From: Bugula neritina | Taxonomy: Eukaryota > Animalia > Bryozoa | Direction of reading: 5' to 3' | DNA length: 64,000 nt | Assembly: GCA_964035545.1 (NCBI GenBank) | Contig: OZ037767.1 | Coordinates: 22,398,628 to 22,462,627, forward strand | Part shown: positions 1 to 13,354 of the stretch, in pieces | Layout of the letters: every line of letters starts with the position of its first letter | How positions within the stretch are numbered: position 1 is the first letter of the stretch | Translations under genes and position numbers: made by a program | Notes under the pieces: model-generated | The model's database searches: none | What the model was told of the DNA's origin: nothing | The model's input: only the letters and a program-made list of their open reading frames with translations

Positions 1-280
1 GTGTATGTACTCATGTGTATTGTGTATGTACTCATGAGTATTGTGTATGTACTCATGTGTATTGTGTATGTACTCATGTGTATTGTGTATGTACTCATGT
101 GTATTGTGTATGTACTCATGTGTATTGTGTATGTACTCATGTGTATTGTGTATGTACTCATGTGTATTGTGTATGTACTCATGTTTATTGTGTATGTACT
201 CATGTGTATTGTGTATGTACTCATGTTTATTGTGTATGTACTCATGTGCATTATGTATGTACTCATGTTTATTGTGTATT
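1..280. repeat. 21-bp minisatellite (GTGTATGTACTCATGTGTATT)n, ~13 copies, runs off window start
   Basis: Directly visible 21-bp period; explains the three overlapping ORFs at 1-412. Confidence 0.95.
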
Positions 281-620
281 GACCTCAGGCGTTTAAACTG
301 CCATACCAAGACTGTGCAGGTACTTGTTTCCCAGTTTCTCTTTGTTAATAGTGCAGCTTTAGTTCCTAATGGTTATCAGCTTTATAGTGACTGCAGTAAC
401 TTGTTTTGCTAATTCCGCAAGGCTGCTTGGCCTTGAAGTGAGCCTGAAGAAAACTACAACCCAGCGTTCTCATCCGGCCTCAGCTGAACTAGATCACTAA
501 CCAAATTTCTCTATCGACAACACAAGGCTAAATTCAGTTTATTGCTTTAAATATCTTAGAAGCATAAGTTTTTCTAATGCCCAGACAAAAAGAGATCTAT
601 AGATAATACTAGACTTATAG
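281..620 (+). mobile_element. Degenerate RTE-clade (BovB-like) non-LTR retrotransposon reverse transcriptase fragment
   Basis: Translates across a frameshift and a stop as LRRLNCHTKTVQVLVSQFLFVNSAALV ... CFANSARLLGLEVSLKKT ... FSIDNTRLNSVYCFKYLRSISFSNA. This follows the RTE RT pattern LRRLxAxTK..LLFADDAALV..FGLxISLKKT..FKYLGS; catalytic ADD has decayed to VNS. Confidence 0.8.
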
Positions 621-3600
621 CTGCCTGTGCCTGAAATAATATTCAAAAATATGGGTAAAGTACCTTTAGATAGCTCTTTTTTAATTGCGCCACTTGGTAG
701 GCAGTTCTATCTATAACAATGTGTTGGGATTTATTTCAAAACAGAAAATTACTGCTGTTAAAAAACAATAAAAAGGAAAAATCCAACACAGACTCATCAC
801 GTCAAAGTATTGAATGTCGCTGTATGCACTTATCCTGCAATGGATTAATCATAACTGATTATAAAAACTGGTGTGCACTTTTGTTTTTAATTTACTTTTT
901 ATTCAATATGTGTGCATATTTTGTTTATGCAACTTGTTTTCTCTTTTTTTCTGGTGTAGATCTTAAATGTACGTTTTCAAATTTATTTTTGGTCGCAAAG
1001 TTTTGCCTTTTGTTTTCATGCCGTGTGGGTGTGCACATGTGTGTGCTCATGTGTGTGCACATGTGTGCATGTATGCATGTAGCATTTTAGGAGCTCTTTT
1101 TCATAATTGATATTCACATATACTTTCCAGTGATTTTAGTGATAAAATTGTAACTCATTTGCTTGTAAATTTCATTGATATTTTCTAGGTACTACCTCAC
1201 TATATATAATGATATCTAATTAGGTATTATTGCTATTTATAAAATTTGGTAGAAACCCACCAAAAATAAATGTCTTTGCACTGGTATGCAATTAAATAAT
1301 TGTAAAAATGTTATTATTTTAATTCAAGATAATTGCATACTTAAGCCAAACTTTCGAAGCTCTATATTTTTTATTAGTTCTAAAAAACAAGCTTATGGTG
1401 AACATTGACAAAGACACATTGAGATCTGTACATTCCACAAGAACAATGGAGCCAATAAAAACATTTAAACAAAATAAAATGCAATCGTTTTTAGCTCCAA
1501 CACTAGCTGAATGTGTCTTCTTTTTGATCAAAAAGCTAGCATTTCACTTTGCGATAAATGATTTGTCTAATAACTTTTATTCTATTAATAAGTTGCAAGA
1601 AAATCTATGAAAACAGATTATGAGACATCAATAACTGCTAAATACTTCCACATTATATCAAATCAAACTGTGTGCCTCAAAACCTGTGATATTTTTCAAA
1701 TGTCAAGACATTTATGGCACTAACTTAAACCTATAAACTAAATTTAAGAAACATCAATTTCTTTTCAGCTAAAACCCAAGCTACACTTTATTTTTATAGA
1801 GCTCAAAAATCTAACATCCAAAAATAGCAAGTAATTACAACTGTCTCACATCTTGAAATCCTAGATCTATGAAAATTATCCCTTTAATGTATTTGAAGAA
1901 TCTTTTCAAGAGTTGGGCTAAAAGGAAACAGAAATTGTATAAACAAGATTATTATAAAATTGATACCAAACTGAGTAAAGTTAACAAGTTCAATCATCAT
2001 GTGCAGGTCTTAAAAAATGCATACTAGGCTTATAGCTAGTTTAAAATTTTTAAAAGTGGAATATTACTTTCGTTCTTCTAGCATTAAGAAATCCACATTA
2101 TTACAGAGCTAAGTTTCACGTTTTGCAATACATTTAAATAAAATAATATCTGGTTTAATTCAGACACATTCAAATATTATATTAGATTTATATTGCCATA
2201 AGTTAAGGAAACATAATTTCAGTCAAGTATTTAGTTATTTTATATGCCATGGCAACTACTTCTCATTTACCTCAAACGTATGCCAAACTAAGTTTAATAA
2301 AATATAGAATTCCATAATAACTGGCAGATTTATCGTAATTTGTAGTCAAATAAATTACAGTTTTTTTTTCAAATTAAAACAGGTGGGAAATTTTAGTAGC
2401 ATAAACACAATTTTTAAATGTGCAAAAAAACCTAATTTTAATATATTTTGTGAATAATATGATGGAATATGACTGAATCATTGACATTAGCAATCAATTC
2501 TATGCGAAACTAAATGATATACTGTATTTCTCTTTTTCCTAATCTATACATGATCAGTGGTAAGGTGAAATGGTAAACAGATTTATAGTTGTAAAATAAC
2601 ATGCTTTAGATTTCTTGTTTCTATTTGAAATGTGAGAATACAGTGCTATGTGAAAATCATGTTCTAATCATTATTAGAAGATATTTTAAATTAATATACG
2701 TATACATAAATTATTCATGAATGCAGTTTATTAACAAACTTCAACATTTTGGTAATTTTGCAAATTTTGCAAATATTTTAGCTATACCACAAAGAAGAAT
2801 AAAAAAAGGTTAGTTGAAAAGTGAACTTTATTTACTTGCAGCATTATTTCAGTATCATTGAATTCTTAAAACTGCTATTTTAGGTAAAAAGGTAAAAATA
2901 AAAATATTTGTCACACCTATATATTATGTAAAAATCCTGTTTTCTAAACCCATTTTACACTATTAATTATTGAATAAATAAATTATCTAATATATTGAAT
3001 CTAGCAACAGTATTTAGAAAGAGCTTCAGCTATTTGAAATAACTCACAGCAGACAGATATAGTTTGGGACTGGCAAGTAACGCAGGTTTCTATATTACTC
3101 ATTGTCTACCTGCTCTTTCACAGCTTTTCATTTAATGTGTTTCATTTACCACATCAAGAGGAAATGTCATAAATGTAGCTGGTGTTATGTGAGTTTATGA
3201 GGGTACTTATTTATTTTAAACTTATGATCTTGGTATATGAAAATCTGTTATAAACAGGGAAATTAAGATTCTCTAACCTTCCTTAATTGTGATACTATAA
3301 TAAAACTTAAATTCAATAACTCAATTACTTTAATGCTATTATTCTCACTATATAGTATGTGATCATACATATTACATTACCTAATTTAAAAGTTATAGCA
3401 TTTATGGTTAATATTATAATACTCAAACTATACTTTCAAGAATACGTGCTATAATGTTTACACATAAATGCTTATCATAACAATTACTAAGTTTTCGATA
3501 AATGATGTTTTAAGAGCTTGTTGTTGCTGGCCAATTACCGGCACTATTGATGCAATCAGACAGAAGTTGAAATTTCTAGATGGTAATTAGTGATATATAA

Positions 3601-6012
3601 TATGCCACAATAATATTATTCTTGATTGATTCTTTATATATATACAAGGGGAGCTTTGCACTTCAGAGCACAAAAGAATGATATAAATAATAACTAGACA
3701 GTTTTATCGAATGCAAACAAAGCAGAGCATAATATATATTTACTATAAATGCCAGCTAGATACAATCATATCACCAATAAACTTTAACTCTGTACAAATA
3801 ATGTAAGTTTTGTGATGAATAAGGTTATAATTTTTAACCTAAAGATATGTTAAAAAAAGTTTGGCTTCATGACGGAATCCAGTTGGTTAATTTTGGCTTG
3901 TCTACATATATTTAGATTTGTTTATAGTCAACATTACAATCTCATGGCAGCTTTTAAGTCTCAGAATTGCTGTATAGATTTCTTCGATTTTGCCTTCATA
4001 TAATAAACAAATTAAATAAGGTTTTGCAAATCAATTTATATTAACTACTAAGAATTTTACATAACTTTTAAATAGTCAAACCTTATAGTTATTATTTGAG
4101 CTAAATACAGTTGCTTTAAAAAGTTTTGTTTTGTCAAATTGAAATGTGTATCGTATCTAGCCAACACAGAGTTTTGGCTTTAGGGTCAAATTCCAATCCT
4201 AAATATACTTTAAAAACATTTTCTTATTCATAAGAAAAGTTATATTATTGACAACGGCAGTATTTCATCTGCTGCTGCAAAATTTTAAATCAGCCTATTT
4301 CTCTCTCCTGTGGTTAATAGATTCTGAGTGCAAAGTGTTTGAAGCCAATAAAAAGGCTCTTTTCAAAGCAGCAGTCTAAGATTTGACACAACAGTTATTC
4401 ATACTTCACAGGGAGCATTAATCCAGGAGTGACTACAATAAATAACAATGCATAATGTTATATTATTCTCTTCGTTTCAATAGTATCTGCTGTTCCCATA
4501 AATTACAGCAAATATGCACCGGCTGTCTCTTTCAGCACAGGATATGCCAATTATAGAAAAGTTAAAATAAGTTCATACGAAGCATGAAACATCCACCAAG
4601 TTCTTTAAGAGTGTCCCCATTTCTCACTTTAAATAGTCTGTAAACTGTGCATTTTAGCTTCAAAGAATGCTTCTTAGATTTCGATAAGATCATTACCGAA
4701 ATCAGTTGATTTATGTTTGCTGTTTGAAAATGTTGAACTATATAAGTAAAGAAGCAGCAAAAATGATTCCTGTGTGGTTATTCATCTGCAAAAGGTTGCT
4801 GCGAGATAAGCTAAGTATAATAAGTAAGTTGTCTATATTTATTTATTTTTATTTTCATTGTAGAAAGGTTCGTCCTTATACATATCTAATAAAAATTATG
4901 TTTGTGGGTGCTATTCATTGAAGCATTATTATTTTGAAAAAACCCATAACCGCCAGTGTCACCATATAAAGATTTTTAGGAACAGTTTTTAGTGAAGCAT
5001 GCAGTAATAAAAAATTAGAAATAGAGTACACATGGTGCTTACTCTCCCTCCAATTTGGAAGTGATCTAGAGAATATTTGCTAAATGTGCTTATGACAAAA
5101 ACAAACTTTGTGGTATTGACATCAGATTCTTCTACGGCAATATTGTAAAGAAAGCCATTTTTTAGCAGAGGAAGTACATTTTTTATAATTGTTTATGCAA
5201 GATCAGTTAGTAATTATATAGCACTTATAGCTTATTGATATATGAACAAAGCTAAAAATTTAACTATTATCCTTAAATGCATCATCACAATTGTGGTCAG
5301 CATTGTATTCATTGTACCTGATGGAAACTGCGCATAGATACATTTATTATATTATTGTCTTACATGCAATACTTTTACAGCAGACATGTTTTTTTTTTAA
5401 AAAAGTGATAAGCAGCATTAAAGGAAATTTATAGTTTCTATTCTATATTGTCAAATATAAAGTAACGTTGTTATCCAAAAATTATAATAATTTAAACCAA
5501 ATATGCAAATTATATTAAAAACGCAGGTTAGCAATGACTGACAGAGTTCAGGGTTAGCTTGAACAATTTTCGGTTATAAAAATAATTTTCTTTAATCTTG
5601 CATTTCATAGAAATAAATTAGTCGTTTGAGCTATAAATTTAATAAAAAGTTTTAAACAGAAAAGCTCTAGGTTTGCTGTTTAATAATTATCTGGTTTAAT
5701 TCAGTACAAGTAGTAGTAACACTAACGCTGTTAATTATTGCTACCTTTCAAAAGCACTGAGTAGCGATCTTTACCAGAGTATGAGTAAATACTAGTGGCA
5801 TTACAGTGTAAAGCTACTGTGGAAGGACAACTCCAAAGCATTTTGTTTGTTGGCAACTTTAAATATTTACAATTTTATTTAAAATGACTTTATGACCATT
5901 TTTGCTAGAACTATATATGATAAAAGCACCAAATTGATAAAAGTAATTAATATATTAGTTTAAAACCATCAGATAAGTTCTACATTTATGTACATACAAG
6001 TGCTGTTGGCTT

Positions 6013-6019
6013 TATAAAA
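6013..6019 (+). promoter_or_regulatory. TATA box candidate of gene A
   Basis: TATAAAA 44 bp before ATG 6057; AT-rich background lowers specificity. Confidence 0.45.
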
Positions 6020-6056
6020 AGTCATGATATTATTTGTGTGTAGAAAAAGAATAAAA

Positions 6057-8591
6057 ATGAGGTTTTCTCGAGCTATCCTGTGTAGCTGTCTAGTATTACT
6101 CTTGATTCTTTACTGCATTGAGAGTAAAAGTGGCGGATACAGAAGAGGCAGAAAGGGGAGAAGCAGATATGGAATTTCAAGGTAAAAGCTTATATGGGGC
6201 TTAATTATTTATTTGAGTCTGATTTATTTACATAATATAATAACATAAACCGTCAAACAAATATTATTTTGCCTTCTATTACAAACAAAAATTAAAAAAT
6301 CAGCCATGGTATACTGGTTAGATTCTGATCTAGTATGACATAGGTCATAGGGTTGAGTGTTGGTCATTGGTGATATTAAGAAATTAGTAATCAATGCTAG
6401 CTATCCTTTTGGAGAAGCCATCAAACTATTTTTCCAGCATGGTAAAGGCACAAATTTCAGCTCACTTCAAAACCCTCGTCATGAGGGTTTCCCACGAAGA
6501 TGGAGACTTTAAATCAAAGTGAAATTTTCAATTACTGAAACTCTTAGTAAAAGTTTGTTAGCATACTTTAGTGTAAGAGTTACAACATTGAGCTATGATG
6601 AAAGGAATTTGATCTAAAATGATATACCAATGATAGCCTATAAAGGCATTGAAATTTTTCATTAGCAAAAACAGCTTTAAGGAACACAACTCCCCCTCCC
6701 CCAGGCCCAACCCCCATTAAATTTATAGAGTGTCAAAATTACACAACTATATATTATATACTGAGAATAATCAATATTATGAATCATTTGGTAATGAGTC
6801 ATGTTAAGATTTTAAAGAGTTTTTCAATCTTTATTATTATATATAACTCAAGTTCTGATAACTTTTAAGAATAGGGTGTGTCATGTATATAATACTATTT
6901 ACCTACATGTATACCTACATGCATATTATATTTACATGTATGCCTACATACACTATGTATAACAACACGTACCAATTTCAAAATCACCTGTATAATAGTG
7001 CACTTATTGTTCAGTGTTCTTAAACATACCAAGAGTTTTAATTACCTTCTCATTTCTTTGAGCTGTCTGTAACCAGAAAAAGTTTTTTTATAAAACGTTT
7101 ATGCAGAAATCATACTTGATGAATATTATAAGGATTTTTATAACTTGCTATTTTTAGTTATTTTGTATATTTAAATAAACTATGATCAAGTTCAAATAGA
7201 AAACAATTAGAATTATCTTAGGCCACGTATAATAATTGATAATAATTTCTCCAACATATTTACAGTAGGCCTATAACTCAAAGCTTTTTACGGGATACTA
7301 TGCTTGCACTTTTAACAATACGTGCAATATTTTTCTTGAATAAACAAAGTTGTTGTTACTACGGTCAACCATGGTTTTTTAAATGTGTGATCTGTGCACA
7401 TAATTTTAGCTGAGTATCTTTTAGTAACTATACTACTGGCACAATTGGGGTGAAATAAATATTAACAAATTGCTAAAGCAGTACTAACATGATAATATAA
7501 ACTTACATTATCACATTTTATTAATATAAAAGTAAAATTACAAGTTTAAATATTCATGTTGGGCAACATACCCTGATATTATCTTAATATTATCAAAAAC
7601 ATGAAGCAAAACTTTTTATAGTAAAATTGAGAGTTATCTTTCCACAACACACACTAGCTTTATAAAAGTCTAGTGTTGTATAGCTAAATAACTTGAGTTA
7701 ATGATTTTTTTCGCAGAATGCTATAAAATTCTTTTCATTGTACGAGATATTTTTGTGCTGAACCAAATTTACAGAAACTTTGTTTTTATGATTTGTAGAC
7801 CAAAAGCTAATGGTGGTAGATATGTTGGCAGCCGTACACCCCACCCTTCTCCATCTAACGGCAGGTATTCTGTGCCACGTAGAAACAACAGAAGGGCACG
7901 TGGTTCACAGAGGAGAAACAGAAATAGAAACATCATCAGAAGCAAAATACCAAAAGCTGAGTCAGCAGTTGAAAAAGTAAAAGTTGCTGCATTACCAGCT
8001 CAACCTAAAAGCTCCAGAAAACGTTCTGGGGGATTGTTGGGGCATTTCTTTAACCGATTCAATGTCAAGGATTTAGTAGATGCAATTGGATCACTTGAGA
8101 AATCTGGTAGTGGATCAAAAGACAAGTCTTCAGATAAGAGTAGGTCTCATGAAAAGATCTACTTTGATTATTATGACCCACACGGTTTTTATAGCCACAA
8201 CTCTTACGGATCTCACGCGTCTTATGAGTTCTCTCACCACCATTCCTACAGAGCAAGCAAATCATCTGAAAAATCATCTAAAAGTTCATCTAAGGGGTCA
8301 TCCAAGGGGTCATCCGAAGGGTCATCCAAGGGGTCATCTGAAGGGTCGTCTAAAGGGTCATCCGAGGGGTCATCTAAGGATTCGTCTTCATCTGGTCACA
8401 AGCATGTCTATTACCCTAAGAAACCTGTTCACCTGCCTTACTCTGTTATTGAGCCACATAAAACTCAGTCACTTTCACATTTGCCATTGGGTTATGGTGG
8501 ATATGATAATAGGTTTGTAACTCCTGGTTTTCCACCGAAATCATTTAATTCTAATTTTGGTTTGAGTAAAAGCATCTTTGTAAAACACTAG
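6057..8591 (+). CDS. Gene A: secreted Arg/Ser/His/Tyr-rich low-complexity protein (~305 aa), 2 exons
   Basis: Exon 1 6057-6181 MRFSRAILCSCLVLLLILYCIESKSGGYRRGRKGRSRYGIS(R) with signal peptide and donor AG|gtaaaa. Exon 2 7799-8591 after tttgtag; the phase-2 join is in frame with ORF 7701-8591. Blocks: Arg-rich, GGLLGHFFNR, His/Tyr-rich, SS[KE]G repeats. Confidence 0.85.
6301..6360 (+). mobile_element. Degenerate tRNA-derived SINE head
   Basis: cagccatggtatactggttaga...ggtcatagggttgag resembles the 5' part (A/B boxes) of the SINE copies at 17336-17497 and 57225-57392. Confidence 0.4.
8286..8381 (+). repeat. Coding 12-bp tandem repeat, 8 x SS[KE]G, in gene A
   Basis: SSKG SSKG SSEG SSKG SSEG SSKG SSEG SSKD, with synonymous variation at third positions. 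Confidence 0.9.
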
Positions 8592-11500
8592 GCTAAAGTA
8601 TAGTACTGTAGTGAAAATCCTGTCGTTGTTTAGCATACAAACACTAAGTTATCATATAATAGTTTTTATTAACAATTATGGTTAGTTAACTTTAATTAAA
8701 CAATTAATTGCAACGTTTTATTCTGTTGGAATTTTATTCATTTTAAAATACCTTTTGATTATTGCTGTTGATAATGTTTTTTATTCATTATTAAATGTTA
8801 TTGTTGTTATATGTCATTTTCATATTAATTTGCATATGCCAAAATAATACTTGTAACCCATTCTCAACTGTTACCACAACTGTTCATCAAATTGAATATA
8901 GATGCACTATAACTATTTGTAAAGGGTCAAAGAAATTGAAGGAATTTAGCTGTATGCTACTAATATACAATATAATTATATAAGAAACACTATTTACATA
9001 ATAAATACTATGTTTTAACATAAACCAGTGCTACATTATATTACATACATGATTTTACATTATAGCAGATACATAAAATAATAAACTTAAACAATAACAA
9101 AGTATGACGCATAAGAAGAAATAAAACTTATATTGTGTTGAGCTGGTTGATAAGATTAGCTTAATATAAGAGCATTAACACTAATCTAGTGTAACTTTGT
9201 CTTACTCTGTCTAGTATCTTACCAGCTACGAATACTCAATTTCAATTCTTTGCCGGCAACGCCTTAATCTTAGAGTGGCAAGCTATAGAGTTGAAGTAGT
9301 GTAGACATAGCCATTACAAAAATATAAATGATGCTGTTAACTAGACCGGGAATTAGAGCCAACACCTTAGTGGCATCATAGACTAATATTACACAGATTT
9401 TAGTTGTTTTTATATAATACAATGCAGAACTCTGAGCTTATATTTGGTCTATTGTGTGTTATAGCCACCAAGAATAGAAACAAAATCATGCATCCATGTA
9501 TAGAATAAACTTGCTATGCAATATGTTTAATAGTGAATTGTCATAAAAAAACATAAAACCATTTAATAAAGCTAACAGGAAATTATAAAACTTATCATGC
9601 TGTTTATTAAATTTTATTATAAAACTATAAACGTTCACTTGTGTGAGTATGCAAAACTAGAAAACTCAACAGCTATCAAAAATTGAAACAGCCTTTTGTT
9701 TGAGAGTTAAATATTATCATATTATCATAAGATAATTATTCAAATATGTTGTTGTATTATTGTAAAGAGAGATTTAACATTCTTGTGATTAGGATACTTA
9801 ATAAGTACCGTATCATCAAGAAAATTTTATTAAAATTGAATTTTTTGGAATTTTGAAGATATCTGCAGTCGGGCAAAAAGTTTCAACTAAAAATTGCATG
9901 TTATTATGCAGTGATTGTATTATATAGAAAGCTAATGCACATTAGTATAGTTTGTATGAAATGTAATAGAAGCATTGCTACCCAGAGTGGATATGTGTTA
10001 TGATAAGGACATCTCAGCTCAAAATCCAATCACGCTTTTAAAGTCTTGCATCCTTGGCTTTATTGAGAATAACAATATTTAAATAAGGGTTAGGTAATTT
10101 GAGCTTATGAAATGACGCAGCAATAAAATAACATCGTCAGTACATTTTCTATATAATAACTTCTTTCAGGATATTGCAAAAGCTTACTGTATTTAAGCTT
10201 TCGTATCGCCAACAAGGCAATCGTAATAAGAATTTACATTAAGTCTTTCGATTTATTAACTGGAATATATTAATTTCCAAACTATTCAGCGTTTTCAATC
10301 ACTGAACCAATAATCCTTTTATACAAGCACCTATGAATACTATAACTTTGTTTTAAATTTTCCATAGAAAGTGGATTTAGCTAAATTTGAGCTACTTAGT
10401 GTATCTAGTATCTACATCTAATTGAGCAGTTAGTACAGATTCAGAACTTTAGCTAGTACATAAAAATCTCTATTTATGACTCACAGATGTCACTTCGTAC
10501 TAAAACTAAAATATATTAGCAATCTTAAGCCTCAGAATCTGTAAAGGTTGTTTTTCTAACCAGCATGTCTGGAACTTAATTTAGCACCTAAATTGGCATT
10601 TTTAATCTTCAGCAACGACATTCAAACCGACATAAAATAAATTTCCCTAAGGATTTCCTTAAGACTTGGCTAATGGGGTTGGAAGCACTGGCTTGCCTAG
10701 TCATATTGAATGGTAAGCTAAACTGGTATATATTTACTGGTCATAGCTGCTTCCTTCTACTCACCATTTAATTGATTAGTTAATAAATAAGCTCAACAGC
10801 TGCTGTCAAAAGCTTGCTTTGATGAAACCTTGTTTAGTGCAGCTTATTGTTAATAAATTATCTTGACTGATTGCTAAACCTTTTCATCAACTTCTTACTT
10901 TCTGTTTAACAAATTTCATTATCTTCATAAATATTACCTGAACTATGCATGATGCAACACATATTCTTTCACCTTTGGTTGATACAGCTGGAGAAGTTTA
11001 AACTCGGCATAGAATGCCCGTGCACTGTATAAACTTGAAGAAAACTCAGCATTTTATACTTTATTTTAATAATAGCTCAGCATAATGTTACATATAAAGC
11101 TAGACTCCATATTCAAAGTATAACAAAGTTTTGGAACTGCAATAACTTTTGTAACGCCAGCATAGCTCTTTTGCAACACATCCCGTTGTTGGGTAATGAG
11201 TCCATAAACTACCTATAATTAATTTGTTAACCTTATTGTCATCAATTGTTTACCTTATTCGTTATCCGTAGAATCAGTGTCTTGTTATGAACTGTGCTAT
11301 GTCAGCAAACACAGCATGCAAACTAATCAACTTAGCTGCAAATACTTGTTGCCCCACGTTTTATTTTGTTCTAGACTCGGCATAACCATGGTTGGTCAAG
11401 TGCTAGAGCCATGACTGGTGCAGCTACTGTGTAGAGCCAATCAGGTAATACAATAGCTAAGGGGTAATTCTTAATAACATCTTTTGCATATGGATATGAA

Positions 11501-12391
11501 ATTCTGATGATTTTAAAATAACTTTGACATGTTATACATTTTTACATGCGTACTTTTACCAGAATATTGTTTCACTCAATTGGTTTGGTAGAACTTGGAA
11601 TTAATCAGAAACCCGCCACCAGCGTCAGACTACAGTGGTGAAAGGTGGCAAAAGGTGACCATTACTGCATTCATTATAGTTGTCACGGTGCTATTTATGG
11701 CATCAGTTGAAACCTATACCGCTCTAAGTACCAACAAGCTACAACTTTATTAACCTGTTAGCTTCATTCTTCTGTCCATTAGCCAAACCCATAAAACCCA
11801 TAACTTTTATCTCATACAAATTTACGTCTATGCCATCTTCATTATACAAGATAATCCCACATGAGCTCACCATATCAATGCTATAGTATAATCTATGTAA
11901 CTGTTGGGATGCTAAGCAATAGGGTAATAGCTTGATGTTTAGCACCTGGTAATCCAACTTTGCTCATTTTTAAGTACAGCTATGATGGCTAAGTAACAAC
12001 CACAAAATGAATAGTATAATATCTCAATTCTCAGTATTATATATCTTATTTTAATCAAGAGTTGAGTGGTTTTAGGCATCTTATGTTTTCAATTTACCAA
12101 ATGTTTTAAATACTCAACTACACTTATAAAGAGAAGTAAGTGAATCTATTTTTTAGAATTTAGATATAATAATTGTGATTATCATAGCAAAAATTTATAT
12201 GCAATCATACTTAGAAATAAAATAACAAATATATATTATTTTATTGTCTTTTGCAGAATTTATTCACAATTTAATTGAGATTTTTATTAAAAGCAACTTG
12301 CAGCACAAATTTTTCATAGCAAAAACTGAAATATATGCAAAGCTCTGAGAATAATGGATAATATACATATACATACATGTGAGCTCGTGTG

Positions 12392-12746
<355 letters not shown>

Positions 12747-13294
12747 ATATGTAAATGTATATATTGCATTAAAGTTATTATTGTTACAAATATTTTTTCA
12801 AGTTTATAGTGTTTTTGTTCATACTGTAAGTGTAATCTAACTATAAGTGGTAAAATATATGCACATCCAGGTACTTTTGTCTTTATAATAAATAAGATGC
12901 TGCCACTATTTAAATATGTCTGATCTAAGACTTGAGCTGCTGAAAAAACTTATATAGACGCGTTGATTCATAGTGGTAATAAAAAGAGGTAATTTTAAGC
13001 TGAAGTATCACATGAGAACATATTTTATAAAGATTACCTTAAATTGTGAGATTATTAGAGCATTATAAAAGTTATATTATTTATTAATCCTTTTTCTAGG
13101 AGATTAGCTAGTCAATATGGAGTAATAACAGGCTCCTCAATGCACACTAACACCCTGCTGATCTCTACAGATATAATACGACTTCAAAAACTGTCAGAAA
13201 TTGATCTCTAAGCACAATAATTTTTTATTTGTGTGAACTTGGTTTTCTTTTACATCATAAAAGGCTTACACTAATCTCAACACTAATCTGCAGA

Positions 13295-13301
13295 TATAAA
13301 A
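13295..13301 (+). promoter_or_regulatory. TATA box candidate of gene B
   Basis: TATAAAA 60 bp upstream of ATG 13355. Confidence 0.5.
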
Positions 13302-13354
13302 CCTTAGGATAGGTGAGTCAGGTTCTTACTGGATCCAGAACAGCCGTTGCAAAC

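Noticed and set aside
1-296. Cys/Val/Tyr-rich ORFs in three frames
   Set aside because: Products of a stop-free 21-bp minisatellite.
10556-11280. Possible decayed transposase or recombinase coding sequence
   Set aside because: No continuous frame or family motif could be recognised with confidence.
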